DNA of 53,954 bases, the filler included, from Sphacelaria rigidula (taxonomy: Eukaryota): the NCBI GenBank assembly GCA_964200075.2. It is 2 parts of 2 records of this genome, joined end to end, with 100 filler letters (N's around TTAATTAATTAA, not from the genome) between each part and the next. Parts side by side here need not be neighbours in the genome. Positions count along the whole stretch, not along the records: positions 1 to 26,949 come from CAXNAA020000127.1; 1 more part is not named here. The stretch is one strand, 5' to 3'. This document shows positions 13,501-25,560 of this stretch, piece after piece. The notes under the pieces were generated by a model. That model ran no database searches. It was given only the letters and a program-made list of their open reading frames with translations, and was not told where the DNA came from. The position numbers were made by a program, and so were the translations under genes. Position 1 is the stretch's first letter. Each line of letters begins with the position of its first letter.

Positions 13501-16500
13501 CAGAAACAGATAAAAATACTGGAGAGCGAGTATCATCACCGGATAAACGAAAAATAGGTCACGGGACGCGCGCCATGTGGTGCAGAGGGGAGAGGCCGTG
13601 CTGCCGTCATGCTGAGTTCTCCTACGGCAAGAGAACGACAGCAGAGATTTGTCGCATGTCCCAACGTCCGGATTTGCCAGATTTGCGACTTGCCCCCTCG
13701 ATGCAGGATGATATCCGACCCGTCAGTGGAAGAAGTGGGGAAAGGGTGTTGCTCTCAGTGATCATTGAACATCGGGGGTTGAAGATGCCGTTCCGGTGGT
13801 ACAGCGGCACTTCGGCCAAGGCTATCGACACTTCTCTACGGGAAACACTCGGTGGGCGACATGCAATTCAAAAGGCATTGGCTGTGCTTTTCTTGGTCAG
13901 GTTTTGTTTGCTGCGAGCAAGAAAACTCTCGACTACTGCTTGCTGTCCATCGGCATACTCCTGACGTGGATGCTCCTCGATACACCTCCTGCACGTTTTA
14001 TTGATGACCGAAAAGCGCTTTGCTTGTCGTACGTGTGGCAGGCATCACTCGCAGCTCCGATGCGTCGCCACGGCTGATCAACATGTCCACCGGTGAACCG
14101 GTGTCTCTCGCCTCAGACGTGCAGCCATCTCCGATCACAGGGCTCACACTTTTGGCTGCCCCTCCGGAGAATGCCGGTGTCGCGGTACAAGACAGTGAGA
14201 GGTGAACCGTCCCCATCGCTGCTCATCCGCATGTGCATCCCCTCGAGGGGTTGGTCAAGATCGAACGGCTTGGTGATTTTCGCTAATACTGGGCGAATCA
14301 GATACGAACCCCGGCAATGCGCGCGCTCATTCCTCTGCTGCCGCCTCCTCATGCTTCCCCCCCCCTCACCCCCCCTCCAGGTCCACAACTCCCGGATCAT
14401 GTCAACGACACAATCCATGTAAAAGTGTCGGAGTAGACCACGATATCGGCCGCGTAGCCCTGGGCAGCCTGGGTTTTCCCCAACTTCAGCGAACTTCATC
14501 GGAGATCAAGCACAAAGACCCTGTGCTCGGACCACTAGATGCTACCTTCCGGGGCTCAGGCGACGGGTGCGGGAGCGAGGGAAGCAACAGGGAGGTGGAA
14601 GGTTGCGGGGAGTCACGAGGCACGGGCGAGGCGGTGCCTTCGCACGATTCCCGTTCAAGGCAAGTCGACGGCGTCGAGGGTGGGGGGTGTTGTCAGACCA
14701 TAGCGTCGTCGGCATCGACAGGGGCAGCCATGGAGCTGGCTGAGTTGAGAGCTGCAATTGCACGCGTGGATTCGATGAGATATCCGACAGCTGTGAGGAG
14801 TCGGGGCGGGGATCAAGTCGTTGGGGGCTGGCACGAGCGAGAAGCTGAGAGAGAAAAGGTACAGAGACGGCTTCTTTCTTGTAGGATGCTTCAAATGATT
14901 TTCTGCAGCGCCGAAAGACGAGCTGTGACGGTGGCTCTGTGGAGGTGGCGGTCGGACGTGGTGGTGGCGGGGCTTGAGCAAAAGGGGCGAGCAGAACGCC
15001 GCAAGGACACCAGACATGTGAGTATTTGAGGATTCGGGAGGAGGTAGTGGAGACGAGCCTGACTTAGTTGTCAGGTGACCTTTGCGGCTGGGGAAACGTC
15101 TTCAAGATTTCTCTGATCTGAATGATTGCCCTGGAAGTATTACTTCACTCCGAAGTGGTGTCACCGGAAGGAGGTGACCCCGGCACGTAGCACGTGGGGT
15201 TACTTCCCGCCGCAGTTATCCTGTCGTTCCTCTCGTCATAAATGCCGCAGGTGCTCGCTACCCTCCAACGGCTACAGCGACAAGTGGCGTCGTTAGCTGT
15301 GAACAGCCAAGAGCAGACTCTGTCGGTGTCGCTTAGAGCTTTGGAGAGAGACGCAATAGGATGTAGTGAGGATGCCCACATTTTTCAGCATCTGCTTTCC
15401 CCCGGCGGGGACGAGCCTGCCGAAGAAATTGCGGGTAGTGACGATGTTGATGGCGATCATGATGAGACGAATTCGGGTGATGATATCTTGGTTGCCCTTG
15501 CTACACTGGAGATGGATATTCACCGGTGAGATGAAAAAATTGATTGTTAAAAGAACGCTTCACTCGAGATACACCTTTCAACCGCCTGGATCCATTTCTG
15601 AGATTCAACATTTGGGTGAGGTTCAACTCGAAAACAGTGTTTTCGCTAACCTAAAGTCATGACCAATGGATTTTAAATGGACGGCCTCGTGCCCCCCGAC
15701 CCCCTTAAAACTATTTTTGGGGGTTGCCCGTCTTCCGTGCCCCCAAAGCGTATATGCGGAAGCACCAATTTCGGACTAAAAACGTCCCTTTTTTCGCCCC
15801 GATATCGAGGCAAAAAGGTGCTTTCGCGCATACGCTGTGGGGGCACGGAAGGCGGACAAACCCCAAAAATAGTTTTAAAGAGATCGGGGGGGGGCATGAG
15901 GCCGTCCATATGAAATCCATTGATCATGACTTTATGTCAGGGAAAGCACTGTTTTCGAGTTGAACCTCACCCAAATGTTGAACCTCAAAAACGGATCCAG
16001 ACTGTTTTCCTTCTTCGATCACTCATACCCTAAATTCTTCAATTTTATTGTCCAACAGCGAGATAAGTGCCGCGGACATCGTGTATTTCTTAGCACACTC
16101 TTTCAACCTGCACTTTTTTTTTGGCATGGGGTGCTTTGATGAGCTAGGAACTCTATTTATAGTCGCTATTTGACGGTTGGATGCCCACGAGTTCTCGGAA
16201 AATTCCGTTTTTTCTCTTTTTCGGTCGATCTAATACCCACCGAGACTACCCTTGAGGTACTCCTTGGAACAGCTGTTGTTCTTGCAAATTACGTAGTGGA
16301 AGAAAATTGCCTAACCCCGAAGATAGTGAGTGATGTCCGTAAACAGCGAAAGACTTTCCATCGATGAATTGGTATTTGTTCAGGATTACCTGGAAACCGC
16401 TACTTTGTTGTTGTTGTTCGTCACATTTGTAACCCTTTCCCTCCTCGGGACGAGTTATGTCACATTTTCTCTGAAGGAATAGACCCGTCCCTCCCCTGGT

Positions 16501-19500
16501 ACGCTGGTACACGCCTTGCGTTTTGGTCTCGCTCATTGAATAATGACCAGCCCTCCCGCACCGCGTTGACTCTCCTCAAACAAAGTCAGTCAAAATTATT
16601 GTCGCTCATCGCCTTCTCACGCTTTCAACGACAGAAGTACGACAATCTGGCGGGAATTGAACCCGCGTTGTTTCCACTTCAGTGGTGTCAGTCGTACAAT
16701 GTAATACTGTAATATAGTACCATCAGACCTCCGGGACGAGGCTGCTGTTATGTTTCCGCTTATTATGCTTGAAGATGTTTCTCACACATCGTGATCGTAC
16801 ATTGACGAAAGCAAGGAACAATTAGTCGCGGGTAGGGGCAACGCAGCGCCGCACCGCAACAGGGTAGTCGACGAACCCAACCCTACGTATTTCCCCCCGC
16901 CCACACAAGTGTATTAAAGAGAAGCGCGTGTTATGTGCAGTTTTTTGGAAGGTGAGAACTCGTTACCACCGCATGTAATACACTGTGAAACGAAAAACAC
17001 ATGCAAGGTTGAACCGCCTGAGACAAGAGGAGCATCGCTGCCTGACTACTCGACTAGAAGAACAGCGCCAGGTGAACAAAGGGAGGCTTCACCTGTCTGC
17101 TGCTACCCCTGGCGCGACCCTCGCGCCAGAAACGAGCAAAGGCAACGGCGAGCCTGCCTCCCAAGAACACGGCAACAAACTGGAAACGGAGCGCCGGGTC
17201 GCAACATTGCTGGATACACATAGTGACCCGCTTTTGACGTCGTTCTTAGCTCGACACCAGAATCCACCTCTGGCTGGGACGATCCGTAGTCCTCGTCGGA
17301 ACGGGAGCAATCAGGATTCTGGAGGCGGGATGGGGGTCTTTCACGGCGGAAGTGACATCGAAAGATCGACGGCCGCGAGAGCGAATATTTTTGGACAGTT
17401 GGACACTCTCCTCTGGTGAGCGATCTGATGCGTTCAGCTGTGTTTGGTTGGTTTGGTTTGTTTTCTCATCACCGACAGCCAATTTCGTGGCTGTGCGATG
17501 GCGATGCATCTTGGTACCAGACACGCGCATTATGCACGATTGCGTTTATTCACCCTTTGTGGGTGTTCAACGACACCTTTGTCCGGGTGCTTGAAAAAAG
17601 TGGTCCAGCGGTTCCTGCAAACCCTCCTCAGACGAGTTCGTAGTCTCAAGGTAGCAACCCATGTCTTCTCCGTCACTCGTCGCCCACTCTGCTACCCAGC
17701 ATGGGATCAGCAGATCAGCACTCCGCAGCCAATCGAGTCCCGTATTTTTGTTTTCGCCAGCTGATATGTACCCATTCTGTTCCTGTCATCCTTCGCGCTC
17801 GATAGAAGGAACTCCCGTAAGAATGCGGGTCTTGGCACAGGGGTGCAATCTTTTTCTCAGCCCGATATCTAGACAATGTGGAGCGTGACGACTTTGAGAC
17901 GTCAATTTTCTGAAAGATCTCAACGAGATCTGCCTGATGGCATCTTCGCCGAGGTTGGCACCCCTCATCGTGTCGAGATGTGGAGCTGAGAAAAAAAGAC
18001 CGCAACCCTCTGCCAAGACCCGCATCCTTACGGTAAATGCTGATTGAGTCGGCAAGACCTTCAAAACCGCACGTCGTGGACTCCACTCGATCGACGTATT
18101 CTCTCATCGGGCGGACGGACGCAACAACAAGTTGCTCCTCTCCTCTACACAACAACGTGTGTCCCACCTAATTCGTGACGAGACATGAGGAAATATATTA
18201 TACACTGTCGTTTCCCGCTAAATTCCACTCTTACATATGTTCGACAAACAGGGCGCTGTTCCGATGCTTCTCCGATGACGTCGACGACGCTCTCGCCTAC
18301 CGCCCTCCGATGTCTCACAACAGAGGCGATACTTGCACCATGGGTCTTTCAGGTTTTCTGAACTTTTGCGCAAGAGCAGGCATCGCTTCCGCGCAGAATC
18401 GAGAAGCTGGGGATAGGTGCAGGAAAATGTGTAGGGATACAGAATATAGGCACGGTACGCGAGACACTAAGGAAGGATCTTCAGTTGGGGTGTCAGCGGC
18501 GACCGGAGTCGCTGAAGGAGCGGCTCTCGAAAGACGGGTGAGCGATGCAAAACGTCGAAAGGGTAACGCTCGTGTCGGACGTATAGTCCTTCGTATGTAC
18601 GTCATCAACTGAAGAGAGTAAAAACCAGCACGCCGTTGAAGTCGAGAATCCCCGAAGTCGAGATTGTCGTTGACCGATCGGCATCGAACTCGTTGTTGAC
18701 CGAGTCGCCGCCGGCGCTTAACATATGCCTTCACGTGATGATACATGAACAAGTGTGCGCCACGATGGTACAGAAGCCGTGAACGCCTTCTGCGATCCGC
18801 CCCTCCCCTTTACCGCTCTTGAGGTGCTGGATTTGCCCGAGGTGACTAGAATATTCGGCGGCGCAGGAACGGGATTGGTTGATGTTACAGGCATCCTGGC
18901 CCCAAGTGGCGCCGTCGCTATTGCCGACGCAGACGCAGCAAAATCCACACCGAGAAACATCGATGGCAAAACAAAACGCAGCAAAAGCTACAGCCCAACA
19001 AGGCGCGGATGGAAGGACATAGTGCATGGAATGGCACGCGGGATACTGAGTCCCCCTGCCAGGTTGGGGATGCGGACCGGGGAGCAATATCGAGGGGGGA
19101 AAACGGGGGGAAGATGCCGTAATGATGGATCCAGAGACTGTCTCGGCTGTGCGCGTGCCAACCGCAGTGTCGATATCACTCTTGACGACCGGGCGGAAAA
19201 TTCCCGGAAGCTTCCGCAGTCCTCCCAAGGAACGCACAGCGGGACGGCATGTCTATTGCCTCGTCGACGGCCCATCTCGGCACAGCCATTCGACTCGGGT
19301 TGCGGTCGGACGGGAAGGTGCTTGTCCCCGCCCTCCCTTCGTCGCGGACATAGTCGGAGCTGTGCTTGCTACCCACCGTGTGATCGAGACACGGCAGGGC
19401 GATTACGCAGTGCTTGTCGGCTTTGTTCTGATGGTTACAGAACCGCCAGAAGTTGTTGTGGTCCCAGCACTTTGAGGCAGAGGCAAGGGCGCCGATGCCG

Positions 19501-22500
19501 TAGTCGACTCTGCGGGCAAGGAGAGTGCCCCTGTCAATGGCGAAGTCGCATTGGCTTCCCGCAATTTTGCGCAGCGATCCGAGGAATAGCGGAGCTTCTG
19601 ACATCTTCTAAAAATCGACTCTGGGACACGGCGGCGGGCGGGTGTGACAATAGGTGGGACGGTGACCATAGCGCAATGATGGAGAAAGGAGACCTGGGTA
19701 TTGCTCCTGTGTCAGGGTGGCGGAATGGTGATGGTGGCGGGGCTACTAACCTCGTCTTGGAGCTTGCGAGGACCCGCCTGATCCCACTCGCGAAGGTTTA
19801 ATTCCTTTTTTGAAGTAATAATAACGAAAGAAGATGATATACAACAGTATGTGTGGTGTTTATCGCACACCGCTGCTGTTGAGGTCCCAAGTCCGGATCC
19901 TCAACGATCTAAGTATACAGTAGAAGTGAGCTGTTATTCAGGCTCGTGCGAGAATCTGGCGCACTCGGAAACGAAGCAGAAGGGACAAGTTTCTGTTCGT
20001 TCACGAGACGCTTGAAATTCTGTTCAGGTATGCATACCCACAGAAAATAGGTTTCGGCAGAGTCAAATATCGCTGCTGCACTCTCGCCATTTTTTTGGCG
20101 GGTGTTTTCCATGTACTGTACCATGTGGTCGGCAGGAGATGGCTGCGGAAGAACGGCGAGTTCGAGATCGTGATTCTCGGGAAATGATGGCACTTCTGGA
20201 CCCTTGCGTGCAGAGGATCCTGGAGGATAACCGACAGGCAAGATCTAGCTATGCCTCGTCGAGAAACCCACCCCAAGCGCACATCCTCCAAATATTTTAG
20301 ACATGTGCTGCATGTGCGTGAACGACAGACACAATGCAGCGGCGCTTGCCCCCCCCCCCTCCCTCCCTTTTGGCCAGATCCACCGAATCAAGATTCTTCT
20401 ACTGTAACTTCGTCGCACGCTTGCGCATTTTGCTCCGTGCGCGCGTTTTATTTGCTCAGATATTACTCGAGATATTCAGCTATTACAGTCGAAGAGAGCA
20501 CGCGTCTGCAATGTCCCACGCTCTTCATGTCGAACGAAAAAGAGGGCGGACGATTCTCACAGGGGAGCACGCGCCATCATCCACCGAAGAAACGACCCGG
20601 CTGGATTTCGAAGGCTGGAAGACTTTTGCACGAGACTTCGGCATCTCGTCGACGGTATATTCATTCTCGTGATTCGTTGTTGTTCGAAACAGGTGTTTAC
20701 CTTTCCCTCGCAGCACACATTCTAGGCACCTTACCCACGTGTTGCATTTTCAAGATTTTGTTTCTGTTTTGGTGAGATTTGGCTCTTCCTGTCGTGTTCC
20801 ATGTATCATTATCCCGTGTATAAATGCGACATTAAAAGATCCACAATTGGAAGCATGGTATTCGCTATCCTGTGGCAGCGGCGGAGACCAGGCAACGTGC
20901 ATGCAGAAGAAAATAGGCAACGTACTGGCCAACCACATCGCCCTTCGTCATCGCACCCCCTACTATCGTTTTTCAAGCTTAATTCTTCAGGCAGAGACGG
21001 CGATCACGACACCGATAGCCGTGCGGTATCGCTGAAACGGCTTCATTGCAATCAGTCGATAGCTGTGCTCCTGACATAGTTAGCGCTCTTTCATCAAGAA
21101 AAATTGCGTCCGAAGAATTAGCATCAGCGGGTACGATAGCGATAGCGAGGGTTATTGTGGTATACATGGTGAAGATCTACAGATTCTGCACTTGCATCGA
21201 AAGCGACTTTTCCAGGCTTCTCGGTCTACCAACCAAGACTTGAGTATCAATCCTGGATATCTCGAGTGTAACTATCAACGAACTCATCGCCCCGGAGCCT
21301 CATATACCGATGCCAATTGACACTGTAGATCATGTGAAGGATTAAAAAATCTGAGATCAAACGATTCTTGAGATTTTGTCAAAGCCATCGTACAATTTCC
21401 AGCGCCAGTTGGCATGGGTACGATGGGGACTGGGGTTGTGACCTTACGAATAGCTATATATATATATATATATATATACATTTCCTTTTCTTGTCAAACT
21501 CCGAACCCCTCCTCGTCCTCGGAATGATTTTGTGGTCTCGAGATCATAGCCTATTTTTTTCTCCCCCAGCACACGTATACTATTTTGGTCTATACTCCAC
21601 AGCTACAGTACCTCGAAGTGACGAGTTATCATATGCTGTCGCAAACACTCTACGCATCACAATGAACGTTTGGTCCCAAAAATTAACGTCCAGATACGTT
21701 TGTACCCGACATGAATTGCGGGGAATAAACAACTAACGAGCTAACCGCTAGCCGGGGGTCCTGCGAGTCTTCAGCCTCACGTTCTCGCTCTTTGGTATTT
21801 TCTCTCGAACGAGCCTTCTGTTCAATCCCAATCGCCATGGTGAACATTTCATCGTCCACTTTTTTTTCTCTGGGTAGTCATTGCGTCACCGCCGAAATGA
21901 CGTGTTTTTTTTTTCTTATCAAATACCTTCAACACCTCCCCCGAAATCGGGATTTCAATCCATTTTTTCTCCGACGACCCAAACTGGAAAGTTATCCTGT
22001 GAACATCGTACTCCTTCTAACAACACTTACCGCTTCTTGAACTTTCAAGTGAAGATAGCACATCCTCTGCAAAAAAGGCACGATTCATTGAATAAAATAT
22101 TCTAGCGTTAACCACTGAGTGTGTCTCAAGCACGAGTAGTGGGGGGTACGGTATACAGCTACCAGTACCGTGCGGAGATTTCCCCCATAGAGCCGAATAT
22201 TGACCACGTGTATATGTGTCCTTGTCCGCAAGCAGGCAGAGAGTGTCGTTGAGTTGGAGAACCTCTGGGAATCTGCACGTCGACATCAACGCCTTTCCTG
22301 CGCAATAGCACGAAAAACCTCACCACCGGCGCGGGTGCGTTTAGAGTCGTCGCGAGAAGGATTGTTTAGCGATGCGGTGATGGCGGACCGACGAGACGGA
22401 AGGGACGCGACCGCGGCAGTGGGATGTGGAGATGACTGCAACGGTGAAGTCGAAAGTTCCCGAGAGGGGCTGGTCTTCAGTGCCTTCGCTGACCTTCTAG

Positions 22501-23780
22501 GACGGTAAGAGCACCGTTCCTTGTGTTGTGTTGATTCCTGCCAAGGCAACCACATATGACTTCTACTACTGTATCATGACCTACGACGTCTACAAGCACC
22601 CCCCTCCCCATCCAACCGATCCCTCTACCTGCAAAACGTTGATACCCGTTCGAGCAGCAAACTGATAATTCTCAATTAGATGTAGTCTGGATTGTGGTAT
22701 CGTGGATGTGCCGTCTACCCCAACCGGTGGATCTCGAAAATGGGGAAAGTGGCATGCAGTTTTCTGATTGGTAGAAATAGTACGGCAATAGGTCTAATCT
22801 GTTTCGATTCCCATGTCATTTTTTGTTTTGATGAAATACGCCCAAGAAGACCGTTAACAGGAAGAGAAATAAGCTTCGACAATTAGCGTTCTCCATGCCG
22901 TGTTTTGGCCAATCAGGTACTGCAGTCACTATCGTCATTTTGGATCGCACTGGTTACTCGTAAACTTCCAGAAAATTTCCTCTAGGCCTGAACGACCACT
23001 CAAACTCCCTACTGGTGGTGACGTCACCCGTCAGTCAAGAATATTCGACCAATCATACTCCTCGAGTGGTTTTTGTGACCAACACGAAGACTGTGGACAC
23101 CCCTTCCCTCTGTCTTTGCATGAGCTAATCATCGTTTTCCCGTGAGTAAGTCATCAAGCTGCGTGCCACTTCTTCGTCTTTCTCTTCGAACAATAATCTA
23201 TCGTCGTGTAACTTCAAGACTATCTCGAACGGTCCCCGTCCGACTGTTTCCCTCTCTCGCAAAAGTACCCCGAGAAATGAGGCCATTCATGTCCAAAAGT
23301 CCCTCCGTCCCGAGACCATGGACGACGTCAGCAACCGACCAAGTATTTTCGGACGGTCAGATTCCTCCACTAGTTTGTTGCGGCCAATGCGGAGACCGCG
23401 TGCCGCTTTCTCCTTTTCCTCCGATGTTCTGCATGCTCGCAACATGCGCGCGGTGCCCAACGTTTCGTGATTGTTACAGATGTGCCCTCAGACGCGCGGA
23501 AAATATCTGCGTAGACCCTAGGCACCACCCCCCCTGTGCTCCCGGTGGATACGGAAGCAACATCAGCATGGCTACGAGCACTGCCGGGGGGATAGCAGGA
23601 GCGCGGATGTCTGGCGTCGGAAAAGCCGCCTTGTCAGCGCTGTTAGAGATTATTCAGCAGTCGAACGGACGTCGCAAGATGGTACGCGATCACGATGAAT
23701 GCTGTCGCGCTACGGGGAATAGCGCTGGTACTAGGGCGAGGAGGAGGATACTAGAAAGGGGATTCCATTTCTCTTTTTAG
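10503..23780 (+). CDS. Large multi-exon gene with low-complexity regions, a coiled coil and two C-terminal p25alpha/EF-hand-like helical repeats; possibly disrupted
   Basis: Phase-consistent chain 1: 12990-13851, 14042-14201, 14381-15017, 15251-15525, 17008-17415, 17479-17650, [17761-17816, contains TAG], 18252-(donor uncertain). Phase-consistent chain 2: ~18754-19795, 20136-20237 (GC donor), 20460-20654, 22236-22504, 23480-23780 (stop). First exon 10503-~11229 and a candidate exon ~12168-12316 are less certain. Repeat 1 motifs: ALFRCFS..MGLSGFLNFCARAGI..LDLPEVTRIF..IGFPQFCAAIRGIA. Repeat 2 motifs: LLEIFSYYS..LDFEGWKTFARDFGI..VELENLW..LVFSAFADLLGRCAL. Confidence 0.75.
15582..16004. mobile_element. 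Foldback/MITE-like element of ~420 bp, almost wholly palindromic, intronic
   Basis: Left arm ctggatccatttctgagattcaacatttgggtgaggttcaactcgaaaacagtg... pairs with right arm ...cactgttttcgagttgaacctcacccaaatgttgaacctcaaaaacggatccag. Arms ~180 bp, loop ~50 bp. Mirror ORFs 15677+ and 15673- give nearly the same peptide. Confidence 0.9.
16404..16741 (-). mobile_element. tRNA-derived SINE, copy 1
   Basis: On the minus strand: A-box-like gtcccggaggtctgatggta, B-box ggttcaattcc, a body colinear with 49844-50158 (gcgagaccaaaacgcaaggcgtgtacc...actcgtcccgagga) and a (CAA)n tail. Confidence 0.85.
17815..18033. mobile_element. MITE of ~219 bp with ~60-bp imperfect TIRs
   Basis: ccgtaagaatgcgggtcttggcacaggggtgc...ctcagc pairs with gctgag...gcaaccctctgccaagacccgcatccttacgg, which is followed by TA. 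Confidence 0.85.
21456..21478. repeat. (TA)n microsatellite
   Basis: About 11 TA units. Confidence 0.9.
22736..23418. mobile_element. Degenerate non-autonomous TIR element of ~680 bp in the last intron
   Basis: Left end gaaaatggggaaagtggcatgcagttttctgattgg resembles the reverse complement of the right end, gaaaaggagaaagcggcacgcggtctccgcattgg. Confidence 0.55.
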
Positions 23781-25481
23781 TAGCCGTTTGTACTATGAAT
23801 GAATGTATATTCACAAAGGCAAATAAAAGAACACCGGTTACACAGAACTTACTTTTGATGCTTTCTTTTTATTATCGGACGTCGGATGTCTCATGAGCAA
23901 ACACTACTCGCTATATAACGCTATACGTATATATATATATATACATATGCGTGTATTCGATTCGTAAGACGTCCACTGCACGGTGCTCGCTCTTCAGTTT
24001 GCAACACAGCATACGCGGGCTTAGCGTCAAGGTTCTCTTCTCTCATACCTCCGGGAGTTTTGTTGTTGTTCTGTCGCGAACTCGTGTATGCGCTCGCGCA
24101 CAAATCCCCACTTCCTTCAGTTCTCCGATTTGGCGCTTGTCAGTTTCGCCCCACGTGTAATAGACGCACACGAATCATTTCTGCGTTTGTCAACGGTCTA
24201 AGATGAACAAAAGGGAAGGGCGTTCCTGGAAGGAAGCGAGGAAGAGGGAGGAGAGCGAGTGGGTACTGCCGGTCGGAGAAAGTTACATGCTTTATTAATT
24301 TTTATGGGCAACGAGTGGATCCATTGCCTCCTCCGCCCCGTCACTGTTTCAAGTCTAGCCATAAAACTCCCAACACTCTTTACAAACACGATAGGACAAC
24401 GCTTATAGTTGGTGGCATAAAAAATCACGCAGGATCCTCATCCCCTACTCAGAGCATGGTCCTCGATACCCAAGTGGCTTTTTACTTGCTTCGACGACCA
24501 GTACAAGTATGGCCTGAAGCCTGCAGTCGATCTATGGGTGCTCAGCCCCATCAGCCTCGTGCGCCGGGGCTGACATGATCCGCACTTGAAAATGCGATCA
24601 GTTCAGAGTAGACAACAATGAAGGAGATATGCCAAGTGCATGTGAAAGCAGTTTAGACGTGAGGGTCACACGGGCGTCAAGATGAAGCGCTTATTGTACT
24701 CCCACGCTCGACCATAAATGATGTGATATGATGTCACGCGCGCTGGTGTTCATATCCAGTCCGCCGACCACCCTCCACTGTGCGGGAGTCGTTTGTGCCC
24801 GCATGGAGAGCACTATATCTAACTTTGTGCCCAGTGTTGAAGAAAAACCGGCACTTCCTGTGGTTATCGTCCGACATAACCAGTTTTCGTCCTCTACCGT
24901 GCCAACTCTTGATAACTTCACTGACCGGTGCAGGTGAAAGGCATGCAGGTGAAAGGCATCACAAATCCGTTCAGACGTACATTCACCTTGTCGTCCTCGA
25001 CTTCATTTAAAAGTAACACGGAGTGATTTTGACTTAGTCTACATTTTAACACAAACTTATATAACTTCACAACGAAGAAGTCGACGCCAATGACAAATGG
25101 TCAAATGTAAACTCAGGCCAGGAAATAATGCGAAACGCAAAAAAAATAATGTATTTGGTGCAGGTTTCATTAAATATTTAGTGTTTTCCATCAGGACTGT
25201 TCCGCAGTTTTATCGTTTCGTGTCAGTCGTGTTCATCTACGGGGTATTGCAGTATGGTAACGAACCTCACACGCGCAACCTCGAGATGATAGCGTGATCA
25301 AACCAAAGCAAAATGGAGGCCGCGAGCAAAACGAATTTTGGCTCAGAAGCCTTCTCGGCCGTAACGGCCTCAAGGGGATTATCCCGTCTCAGGATCCCCC
25401 CCCCCCCCCCCCCCCCCCACCCCCCCCCCACCACCCCCCCACCCCTACACATCACCCCCAGACACCTCGAAAACACACAAC

Positions 25482-25491
25482 NNNNNNNNNN
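25482..25491. other. Assembly gap (10 N) flanked by low-quality poly-C sequence
   Basis: N run inside C-rich noise spanning ~25395-25560. Confidence 0.95.
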
Positions 25492-25560
25492 CTAACGGCC
25501 CACCCGGGACACACCCCCCCCCCCACCCCCCCCCCCCCCCCCCCCTTCCCCCCCCAAAAC

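Noticed and set aside
15673..15963. Paired sense and antisense ORFs encoding near-identical peptides
   Set aside because: A by-product of the DNA palindrome, not evidence of coding.
16640..16741. tRNA gene (also 49844-49915)
   Set aside because: A and B boxes are present but no cloverleaf or acceptor stem forms; both are attached to a shared SINE body.
20739..21035. ORF with LHFQDFVSVLVRF, resembling the repeat motif
   Set aside because: An in-frame TGA lies upstream and no phase-compatible acceptor was found; exon 22236-22504 supplies the motif with clean splice sites.
21742..22110. Possible piggyBac-like MITE (taaccgctag ... ctagcgttaa)
   Set aside because: Only ~9 bp of imperfect inverted match, too weak to call.
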